Source of the DNA: Candidatus Latescibacterota bacterium
GTDB taxonomy: Bacteria; Latescibacterota; UBA2968; UBA8231
DNA length: 64,000 bases
Assembly (NCBI GenBank): GCA_965261395.1
Contig: OZ253462.1
Location: 3,424,001 to 3,488,000 of the forward strand
Direction: 5' to 3'
The position numbers were made by a program, and so were the translations under genes. This document shows, piece by piece, positions 36,912-45,222 of this stretch; within the stretch, counting starts at the first letter, position 1, and every line of letters starts with the position of its first letter. Under the pieces are notes generated by a model. That model was given only the letters and a program-made list of their open reading frames with translations, did not search any database and was not told the DNA's origin.

Positions 36912-39900
36912 TGGAAAATCCACAGAAATACACGAAGGCATGGGTTCCCCCTGAATCGTACGTTTCTCTCCCTGTCGAAACGCGACCCCAAATCCTCCCG
37001 CTGAGCGAATTGCCTTGGGACTCTTTCCAGAGACTGTGTGTTCGTCTCGCACAGCGTTGCGGCAACGTGGAAAGATGTCAGGAATACGGGCTTAAAGGGC
37101 AAAAACAAGAAGGTATAGACATATATGTCCGTAGGTCGGAGTCGTCCAGATATTCAGTTTGGCAGTGTAAACGGTACCAAACATTTAGCCCTTCACTAAT
37201 AAAGGGAGCAGTCTCTGGTTTTTTGAACGGCTCTTGGGTATCGAAAACCGATGAATTTGTGCTTACACTCACGGTAAGCACCGAAAAACCCAATCTCGTA
37301 AAAGCGATCGAAGCACAAGGTGATCGCCTCCGCGAACGGAATATCCGATTCCTACCACTTGGAATCACGCAAATCTCCGAACGACTGAAAGACCATCCAG
37401 ATTTAGTAGATGACTTCTTCGGACGTGAATGGGTGCGGATTTTCTGTGGTGAAGAAGCCGCTGGCAAACTATCGAGCCGTCGCCTAGAACCTGAGCAGGT
37501 TATACGGCTACGCCAGCTACTACGGCGTTGTTATACACAGCATTTCGAGACCACCGATCCTGGTCTCCCCTCTCTTACAGGTCCTATCAATCCCGATTAT
37601 CAATTTCTCTCTTTAATTGATCGCTTCGTCCCTCCCGAAATTCTAGAGAAACAGCAGGTTCCCCATACCGAGATGTTTAACCGTTCATCAGGAGAGCCAG
37701 ATAAAAAACCTCCTCTCACTAATGGAGCCGAAGACTCATCTCCATCCTATATGACACGAGTCACGACCCGAACCTTGGAAGTACGCCGCCCTGCGATTGA
37801 TTGGCTTTCGGACTCTGATCGGTCAGTTATACTAGGAGATCCTGGCACCGGCAAGAGTACCCTGCTTCGTTGTGTATTACTCGATCTTCTGAGTACCGAG
37901 CCTCGTTATGAGACATGTGCTCTTCGTTGGGGACAATACCTACCTGTATGGATTCCCTTTGCCATGTGGACGCGACTAGTCGTCGAATCCGAAACGAAGT
38001 CTTCGCTTTCAGATGTCCTCACGGCTTGGCTCAGTAAAGTCTCTGCAGAAGAAGATTTGATTACACTTGTCCAGCAGGCATTGGAGGATTCACGCTTGCT
38101 ACTTTTCGTGGATGGACTTGATGAATGGAGTGATGAAACAGCCGCTCGGACGGCACTTGCTCTGCTTGAACAATTCGTAGGGGAGCGGAATGTGCCAGCA
38201 ATTGCCAGCAGTCGTCCGCTAGGTTATGCGCGCATCAGTGAGCCAAGTAATAGATGGCGTGAAGCTCGACTTGCTGGCTTGACCAATGAGCAACAATATA
38301 TCTTGGCTGAACGATGGTTTCTGCATCGGTCAAACGCTTTTGCTGTCCCTGACGAAGATAGTGAGTCAAGCACTATAAGACAAACAAGAGCAAAAGCCGA
38401 AGCCTCTGAACACATACAAGATCTTCACCGTGATGTCCGTTTATCTCGCCTAGCAGAAGTCCCCCTACTGCTTAATGGCCTTATTGCTCTCGCTATTCAA
38501 AAAATACATCTCCCTCGCAGCAGATTCAAAGCATACGAAGAATTGACACGTCTGCTGTTGGATGAACAGCCCAAGCGCCGTAAGAAGGCAGCTTACGCAC
38601 GCAGGACTACTGAGAGTTTGAGTCCAGAAAATCGCGAGCGGGCATTAGCTCGGCTGGCCTGGAAAATTCATGATTCGTCGGGAAGCGATGCTCTCGACAG
38701 AGCTATTGCCCAGAACGTGCTCCAGGATTTCTGTGAAAATCACTTGTACAAGACTCCTGAAAAAGCACTGGATATTGCGGAGGAACTCCTCGCTATTGGT
38801 GGTGCCGAAGCAGTTGGAATTGTTGTCGAAAAGTCCCCAGTAGATATTGGATTTCTCCACCGCTCATTCCAAGAATTTCTCGCTGCAAAATACCTATCAA
38901 ATCTGCCGTTTGAGCAGCAAAAGGAGGCAGTGAAGGAGCGCTTTGGAAACCCTCAATGGCACGATGTTTTTTTATGCTTGTGTCATCTGAATACCCGAGA
39001 GGGGGAGGTGGATGAATTCGTTGATATTGTCAAGAAAATAGAATTACCGCCTGAAATGGAGTTGGCCCGACAGAGTTTTCTGGCAGAAATCGCCTTCGGT
39101 GATCTCCATTGTTCGGTGCCTATCGCCAGAAGATTGGCAGAAGAGACGTTTGAGATTATCGAGACCGGTGTTCACGGACAAACTCGTGAACGACTTGTTG
39201 AACTCGCACTTGATGGACTTGAATCCGATGCCTTACGCTCACTTGTAGAGTCTCGTATTCAACGCTGGTATCCCTTGCGACATCCCTATCGCCGAGGGTT
39301 CTATGAGGCTGTCGCGACATGGTCCCCAAATGATGAAACACAATCATTACTCTGGCGTGGATTGCTTGATGAGGAGGACTGGCATCAGCGAACCGCAGCA
39401 GAATCCCTTGCTAAAGTTTTTGGTGGAGATCCGTCTGCCGCAGAGCGGCTGTTTGAGTTGCTGTTCAAGCCTGCGGAACCGCGCCTGCTTGCTTATGCCC
39501 TTCATGCACTTTGTCTTGGATGGGAGACTGATTCTCAGCTTACTGCGATCTTAAAAGAAGCCCGATTATCCACTAATGGTGCGTTACAGAGTGTCGCGTT
39601 AATTCATCGAGTAAAACGCAAAGAACATGATGCAGAGGATCGTGAAATATTGATGGGTCTCTCTCGAAAACGAAGATTCGTTCCGTGGTGTTGGAGCGAA
39701 GAGCGGATTCGGGCACTTATCGCGGGTTGGCCAGGTGATCTTGAAGTGAAACGTGAAGCGATTCAGAGTATTACTACCGAGCGCTATCCTGGTGAAGAAG
39801 TTTTCGATAGGGACGACGCCGGAATTATACTGCTCGAGGGATTTCCACAAGACGACGAAGCTGCAGAGGTCGTCGCACACCTGTTCCAAACAGAAGAGTA

Positions 39901-41788
39901 TCCTGATCATTCACTTGGACTACACGCTAACTGGGAACGTCTTGTGAAGGCGTTTGCTGGTCATCAAAATTTAGGTTTAGCTGTCGATGCCTGGATAGAG
40001 CGGAACTCTGATCGATTATCTTGGTTGGAATTTGAACTCTGTCTAATCTCTCGCTCAACACGTGCAAAAGGATATTTGCTTAAAGTCGAGGACGAAACTG
40101 GTGTTATCGAGCCTTACAAAGCTCAGTTGTTATTAAGAGAATGGGGTATGAAGGACGAGGAAGTTGCTGCTGCTTTAGTGAGATTAGCTAATAGTGACGT
40201 TGCAAAACACGCCGCATATCTTCTACCCGATATTCTATCTGATAAAGAACAGTGTCGGCGGCGCTTATTAGAGATGTTGCGCGATGAACAAGAATACATA
40301 GCCCGATACGCTTTAATCGGAATGGTTAAACTTGGAGCGAATGAGGCTGACGAGGAGGTTATAGAAGCAGCGACAAGTAGGTATGTTGGTAAGGCACCAT
40401 CCGGTGCAGTATTTTGGGGAATAAGTGATTTGATCGAGCACTTTCCTAATCATCCGAAAGTGCGCGAGATGGCGTTATATCAGCTACACAATCGTGGAGG
40501 AGACTTGAACACCGTTGCCAAAGCCTACAGTTCAGATGATGAGCTTCGTTGTGAGCTTCTTAACTTAGGCAGTCCACTTCCTGCGCATCTTCGTTTGATC
40601 ATAGTAGATCGGCTCGTGCGCTTAGGTCCTGAAGATGACTTCGCATATAGTCTGCTTTCCGACTACGATGAAGATATAGATATGAATGTGAAAACTGCGG
40701 GGGCAATCGGCTACGCAACATCTGTGAAACGGCGAGAAAATGTCCCCTCGGAACTTCTTGATAAACTGAACGAAGGCTTACTCGTTATCGGACCAGACTA
40801 CCAAGAACGTCGCCAAGCGGCATTTTCCGCCCTACTCGAACTCGACCGACTCGACATCGTAAAAAATGTCTGGTCGGGAGATGAAATGGAGCACATAGGC
40901 TATGGCGGAGGACTGGAAACTAATCTCCGGTTAGCTGCACATTTGGCCCGCCGCTGGGATCGAGTATCGGAGGCGTTCGGAGAGAGTTTTTGGGAACGAG
41001 TAGATCACTTGCGGGACGAGTTCCTAACAGAAATGGCCGCACACACAACAGATCCTGATTTGTTGGACATAATTATTGATAGACCTAAGAGAGATGCCCA
41101 AAAACCCCCAACTATGTCATCTCTTCAATTTTGCGCCCGTCACTGGCGAGGAGCGCCTCATCTACGTGAATTATGTCTCACCCTTGTTAGTAATCCAAAA
41201 GATACGGCTCAAGGTATTGTTGCAGCAGAAATACTCGCCGAACAGTTCAATAACGATACCAAAACGTTTGACATACTCGAATCCCTTGTAGTCCAAGGGA
41301 GTATAACCAATGCCTTGGTTATCGCCCTCAGTGCGGGCTGGTCGGATTCCCAATCTTGGAAACAAATGATTGAGCAGATTGAAATACCGAGACTCCTGCT
41401 TCCGGCTAGATTTTACTCACTAGCAGCAAGTGCTCCCCCGGATAAATTTGTGACCGAGGTCGGTACAAAAATGGCGGAGCTCCGCGGTGATATCTGGGAG
41501 TTCCTACCTTTATGCTCACGCGCCGTGGCTACACGCTTCGCACGTGACGAACAGGTCCGTGAGCTTGCTTTCAGCCGTCTCCAAACGCAGCCTACAAGCT
41601 TTGAGAAAATGAATTTCCCTTCTTTTTTACTGGGAACCTATGATCAGACGGAACGACTGAGGGATTGGATACAATCTGAGATAAAGAACCAATCCAAAGG
41701 CGAGCATCTTGCAGAAGTTGCTTTGGATCTTTCTACTGGAACAGCCCGATCTGTCGGCCATGTTCTTATGGAACACTTGATGGCCTAA
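36908..41788 (+). CDS. Endonuclease-NACHT/STAND NTPase with long helical-repeat C-terminus (Avs/NLR-like defence protein)
   Basis: N-terminal Mrr-like nuclease (FQRLC..GQKQEGIDIY..WQCKRY); Walker A GDPGTGKST; Walker B LFVDGLDE; VPLLL; FLHRSFQEFLAA; AT-richer than flanks. Confidence 0.9.
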   Translation: MMENPQKYTKAWVPPESYVSLPVETRPQILPLSELPWDSFQRLCVRLAQRCGNVERCQEYGLKGQKQEGIDIYVRRSESSRYSVWQCKRYQTFSPSLIKGAVSGFLNGSWVSKTDEFVLTLTVSTEKPNLVKAIEAQGDRLRERNIRFLPLGITQISERLKDHPDLVDDFFGREWVRIFCGEEAAGKLSSRRLEPEQVIRLRQLLRRCYTQHFETTDPGLPSLTGPINPDYQFLSLIDRFVPPEILEKQQVPHTEMFNRSSGEPDKKPPLTNGAEDSSPSYMTRVTTRTLEVRRPAIDWLSDSDRSVILGDPGTGKSTLLRCVLLDLLSTEPRYETCALRWGQYLPVWIPFAMWTRLVVESETKSSLSDVLTAWLSKVSAEEDLITLVQQALEDSRLLLFVDGLDEWSDETAARTALALLEQFVGERNVPAIASSRPLGYARISEPSNRWREARLAGLTNEQQYILAERWFLHRSNAFAVPDEDSESSTIRQTRAKAEASEHIQDLHRDVRLSRLAEVPLLLNGLIALAIQKIHLPRSRFKAYEELTRLLLDEQPKRRKKAAYARRTTESLSPENRERALARLAWKIHDSSGSDALDRAIAQNVLQDFCENHLYKTPEKALDIAEELLAIGGAEAVGIVVEKSPVDIGFLHRSFQEFLAAKYLSNLPFEQQKEAVKERFGNPQWHDVFLCLCHLNTREGEVDEFVDIVKKIELPPEMELARQSFLAEIAFGDLHCSVPIARRLAEETFEIIETGVHGQTRERLVELALDGLESDALRSLVESRIQRWYPLRHPYRRGFYEAVATWSPNDETQSLLWRGLLDEEDWHQRTAAESLAKVFGGDPSAAERLFELLFKPAEPRLLAYALHALCLGWETDSQLTAILKEARLSTNGALQSVALIHRVKRKEHDAEDREILMGLSRKRRFVPWCWSEERIRALIAGWPGDLEVKREAIQSITTERYPGEEVFDRDDAGIILLEGFPQDDEAAEVVAHLFQTEEYPDHSLGLHANWERLVKAFAGHQNLGLAVDAWIERNSDRLSWLEFELCLISRSTRAKGYLLKVEDETGVIEPYKAQLLLREWGMKDEEVAAALVRLANSDVAKHAAYLLPDILSDKEQCRRRLLEMLRDEQEYIARYALIGMVKLGANEADEEVIEAATSRYVGKAPSGAVFWGISDLIEHFPNHPKVREMALYQLHNRGGDLNTVAKAYSSDDELRCELLNLGSPLPAHLRLIIVDRLVRLGPEDDFAYSLLSDYDEDIDMNVKTAGAIGYATSVKRRENVPSELLDKLNEGLLVIGPDYQERRQAAFSALLELDRLDIVKNVWSGDEMEHIGYGGGLETNLRLAAHLARRWDRVSEAFGESFWERVDHLRDEFLTEMAAHTTDPDLLDIIIDRPKRDAQKPPTMSSLQFCARHWRGAPHLRELCLTLVSNPKDTAQGIVAAEILAEQFNNDTKTFDILESLVVQGSITNALVIALSAGWSDSQSWKQMIEQIEIPRLLLPARFYSLAASAPPDKFVTEVGTKMAELRGDIWEFLPLCSRAVATRFARDEQVRELAFSRLQTQPTSFEKMNFPSFLLGTYDQTERLRDWIQSEIKNQSKGEHLAEVALDLSTGTARSVGHVLMEHLMA

Positions 41789-41796
41789 CCGACGCT

Positions 41797-42006
41797 CTAC
41801 TCAAGATTTGCTGGAGCGATAGCCTTTAGAGATTCATATTCGCGCCACTCCTCTTTCAGGTCGGCGATTTGGCTGCTCAGGGCCTCGCGCTGCGCCTTGA
41901 CAATAAGCGGGTGTACTCCGTCGACTTCGCCGAGGCTCCGCAAGGTCTGCGAAAACTGGTTCGCCTGCGCTTTAGTGAGTCGATATTGCCTTTTGTTTTT
42001 GATCAT
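41797..42006 (-). pseudogene. Truncated antitoxin-like protein (N-terminal coiled region, HTH missing)
   Basis: MIKNKRQYRLTKAQANQF...QREALSSQIADLKEEWREYESLK resembles the N-terminus of XRE-HTH antitoxins but stops before any HTH. Confidence 0.55.
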
Positions 42007-42066
42007 TAGAAGTTCCAAGTCTATGGCAATAATCCCTTTAGGGTTGCTCCTGAATCCACTTCCTAG

Positions 42067-42279
42067 TCACACAGATATTCTTTGAACGCCGACCAGTTCA
42101 AGCGGACTTGGAGCGTTTTCGCTATTGGCCTCAAGCCAGAGTTCAATAGCCTCCTCCATCCGTTCAAGCAACTGGTCGATTGACTTTCCTTGGGTATGAC
42201 AGCCCGGAAGGCCGGGGATACTGCCAACGTAATAACCGTCTTCATCTTTCTCAATGACGATGGTGTATTCAGTACTCAT
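42067..42279 (-). CDS. hicB: HicB-family antitoxin (orphan)
   Basis: YTIVIEKDEDGYYVGSIPGLPGCHTQGKSIDQLLERMEEAIEL signature; RBS aggag. Confidence 0.9.
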   Translation of the reverse strand: MSTEYTIVIEKDEDGYYVGSIPGLPGCHTQGKSIDQLLERMEEAIELWLEANSENAPSPLELVGVQRISV

Positions 42280-42367
42280 TAGATTCTCCTATAGTCGAGT
42301 ATGGATAGTCATGAATACTCCCGAAAGACGCAGCTTCCACGAGTTGCCGGGTGTCCCAGAATTTCAC
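42269..42367 (-). pseudogene. Internally deleted VapC/PIN toxin remnant
   Basis: GTGA overlap with the Phd stop; reads MKFWDT-RQLVEAAS, i.e. a PIN start joined directly to a PIN C-terminal-like motif. Confidence 0.65.
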
Positions 42368-42654
42368 CAGCCTTCCTCTCGCTCACGCAAGACTGCCGAA
42401 CGCACGGCTGCTTGGGGATCGGCAGGACGCGGTAGATCCCAAAAATCCTCGGGCAAGGGCTTCTCCCCGCGCTTGATGAGACCCTGTTCTTCTAGATCTC
42501 GCAAGGTCTCAGGGAGGGGCTCAGGACTCGCGAAGGGTAGTAAGCGTGCAATGGGACGGCCGTATTTGGTGATTACCATCTCTTTACCGGCTTTGACTTG
42601 ACGCAAATAGGTGCTCAACGACATTTTGAGTTGCGATACTGTCGTGGTTTGCAT
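42364..42654 (-). CDS. Phd/YefM-family antitoxin
   Basis: TVSQLKMSLSTYLRQVKAGKEMVITKYGRPIARLLP. Confidence 0.9.
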   Translation of the reverse strand: MQTTTVSQLKMSLSTYLRQVKAGKEMVITKYGRPIARLLPFASPEPLPETLRDLEEQGLIKRGEKPLPEDFWDLPRPADPQAAVRSAVLREREEGW

Positions 42655-42756
42655 GGAATATCCTTTCTGGTTAATGCCTCCAGACCAATGTAGTCAGATC
42701 GTATAGTCGATCAATTATCGCACGGTATATCCAACGTATTGGATCAAGACGATAGC

Positions 42757-43686
42757 TCATAACGCTTGCCCCGTAGTAGAATTGACGCGGCGGAAGATGT
42801 GGATGAGTCGGTCGCGCGTCTCTTGCGTCAGCGGCGGGCGGGCGAAAGACGCGAGGTTGGCGTCGAGGTGAGCGGCGTTGCCCGTGCCGGAGAGGACGAC
42901 GTGGACGCCAGGCTCGTCGCGGCAGAAGCGGTAGGCGGCGTCGGGTAGCGATGGGGCCTCTGCCAACAGGAAATCGGGAAAGGAGTCGAGGTCGGCGGGG
43001 TCGAGTTGCCCTTTTTCGACGAGCGCGGCGGTGAATGTGCGCAGGTTGTCGGGGTGGCCAAGCGCCTTTCTAACGGCGAACATGATCTGGATGCCGACGT
43101 TTTGCGCGATGGCCTGCGCGAAGACGCTGGCGCGGGCGGTCTGGTTGAGCAGATTGAAGCCGACCATCAGGACATCCCAGAGGTCGTCGGCCAAGGCCTG
43201 CTGGAGCATGGTGTGTTCGAAGTCCTCGTTGAACATCTCGCTGAGACCGACGAAGCGTATTTTGCCCTGCTGCTGCGCCTTTTGCAGCACGGGGTAAATA
43301 TCGTTGACGAGATAGGCGTAGTCTTGGGGCACGACGCCGTGGAGATTGTAGAGGTCGATGTAGTCGGTGCGTAGGTGCTTTAGGCTCTCGTCGAGGCTGG
43401 CTCGCAAGGTGTCGGGAGTGACCTGCTCGTGGCGGGTGGATTTTTTGGTCGAGAGGACGACGGAGGTGCGGTCGCGGCCCTGAAGGGCTTGGCCGATGAT
43501 GGATTCAGTGCCATAGCCTTCGGCCGTATCGACGAAGTTCACGCCGCGATCTAAGGCGCGGCGGATGAGGTCGGCGGATTGGGCGTCAGTTAGGCCGATG
43601 TTGCGTCCAAGTCGGCTGTGGCCGCCAGCGCCTAAGCCCATGCGCGAGACGGTTAGGTTGGTGCGGCCTAAGATGGTGGTTTGCAT
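42757..43686 (-). CDS. Aldo/keto reductase
   Basis: LGRTNLTVSRMGLG, FVDTAEGYG, SLKHLRTDYIDLYNLH, GKIRFVGLS. Confidence 0.95.
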   Translation of the reverse strand: MQTTILGRTNLTVSRMGLGAGGHSRLGRNIGLTDAQSADLIRRALDRGVNFVDTAEGYGTESIIGQALQGRDRTSVVLSTKKSTRHEQVTPDTLRASLDESLKHLRTDYIDLYNLHGVVPQDYAYLVNDIYPVLQKAQQQGKIRFVGLSEMFNEDFEHTMLQQALADDLWDVLMVGFNLLNQTARASVFAQAIAQNVGIQIMFAVRKALGHPDNLRTFTAALVEKGQLDPADLDSFPDFLLAEAPSLPDAAYRFCRDEPGVHVVLSGTGNAAHLDANLASFARPPLTQETRDRLIHIFRRVNSTTGQAL

Positions 43687-43787
43687 GCAGGCTCCGGGGT
43701 GTAGTTCAGGGAATCGGCGCTTAATATAGGAGTAGGCTCAGACCTTGACCACGACGATTGACTCGTAGCAGAATGGATAAAATTTTT

Positions 43788-44573
43788 ATGAAACTGTCGC
43801 CACAGGAAATTGAACAGCAGCATCTCGACGCCGACACGCTGGCCGAGGCAGTGCGCCAAGTGCGGGAAGCGGGCTTTGTCATTTTGGAGGAAACCATGGA
43901 CCGGGCGTGGTGTGATATGATGCGCGAGGCATGGGACGGTCATTTGGAAGGGCGGACGCCGGGCGACTTGTTGCGTCCGCCCTTTATTGATCCGCTGGCG
44001 ATTGAAAACCCCTGGGCCGTGCAGATCTTGGACGTCATGCTCGGCGAGGATTTTTGGGCCAAGCTGCCCTATCACTGCAACTCCACGGAGCCCAACTGGC
44101 CGGAGACGCAGGTCATCCACCGCGACCAACTGCATCTATTCCCAGATTTGCCCATTGCCATGCCGCCGCACATGATGGTCGTGAACATCCCGTTGGTGGA
44201 CTTTACGGAGGAAAACGGCAGCACGGAGGTGTGGCCGGGCACGCATCTGATTACGGATCACGAGGCCACGATAGACCCGGCGGATGTGGGGCGAGCGGGC
44301 GGTTTGGAAGAGCGTGCAGTGACCCTGCCGTCGATGCGCACCAATATGCCGGCTGGCTCCACTGTGGTGCGCGACATGCGCGTCTGGCATCGAGCCACGC
44401 CCAATCGCACCAACGGTCGCCGCACCATGATGTCGCTGGTGTACCACCGGTACTTCCCGGCCTTGGGCTACCAATACAAGGCGGCCGATCCGTTGCCGGC
44501 GGAGCTTATGGACCAGCTATCGGCGCGGGCGCAGCGGATTTTCCGCTTCAATAAGCAAGAAGCGCACGAGTAA
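43788..44573 (+). CDS. Phytanoyl-CoA dioxygenase (PhyH) family protein
   Basis: QVIHRD, NIPLVDFTEENGSTEVWPGTH, RVWHRATPNRT. Confidence 0.9.
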   Translation: MKLSPQEIEQQHLDADTLAEAVRQVREAGFVILEETMDRAWCDMMREAWDGHLEGRTPGDLLRPPFIDPLAIENPWAVQILDVMLGEDFWAKLPYHCNSTEPNWPETQVIHRDQLHLFPDLPIAMPPHMMVVNIPLVDFTEENGSTEVWPGTHLITDHEATIDPADVGRAGGLEERAVTLPSMRTNMPAGSTVVRDMRVWHRATPNRTNGRRTMMSLVYHRYFPALGYQYKAADPLPAELMDQLSARAQRIFRFNKQEAHE

Positions 44574-44592
44574 AACTAAGAGGGTTGTTCAG

Positions 44593-45222
44593 GTGAAATA
44601 CATTGCGTTGGCCTTGGCATTACTCGGCGGCAGCGTCTATGCCGAGGAGGCGGACTCCAGCCGCGTCATTCTCTTTTTTGGCGATAGCCTGACTGCCGGC
44701 TACGGCCTCGACCGCGAACAGGCCTTTCCGGCTTTGGTACAGGCGCGGATCGATTCGCTCGGCTGGAACTTTGAAGTCTTCAATGCAGGGCTTAGCGGCG
44801 AGACCTCAGCCGGTGGACTGCGCCGCATTGACTGGCTCTTGCGCCGTCCCATCGACGTATTCGTCCTCGAATTGGGGGCCAATGACGGTCTGCGCGGCAT
44901 AGACCCCAAAGACACCCAAGCCAACCTGCAACAGATTGTCGAGCGGGTGAAAGCGAAAAATCCCGCAGTAGCCCTAGTAATCGCTGGGATGCAGATGCCG
45001 CCCAATTTGGGCGCGGAATACACAGAGGCGTTTGCCGCGATTTTCCCGACGCTGGCAAAAGAAAACGATGCGGCCTTGATCCCCTTCCTGTTAGAAGGCG
45101 TGGGCGACCAACCCGCGCTGAACTTGCCCGACGGCAATCACCCTAACGTCGAAGGCCACCAGATCGTCGCCGAAACCGTGTGGGCGACGCTCGGGCCAGT
45201 GCTAGAGGGATTGCGCCGCTAA
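44593..45222 (+). CDS. tesA: Arylesterase / acyl-CoA thioesterase I (GDSL/SGNH)
   Basis: FFGDSLTAGYG, NAGLSGETS, ELGANDGLRG, DGNHPN. Confidence 0.9.
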   Translation: MKYIALALALLGGSVYAEEADSSRVILFFGDSLTAGYGLDREQAFPALVQARIDSLGWNFEVFNAGLSGETSAGGLRRIDWLLRRPIDVFVLELGANDGLRGIDPKDTQANLQQIVERVKAKNPAVALVIAGMQMPPNLGAEYTEAFAAIFPTLAKENDAALIPFLLEGVGDQPALNLPDGNHPNVEGHQIVAETVWATLGPVLEGLRR

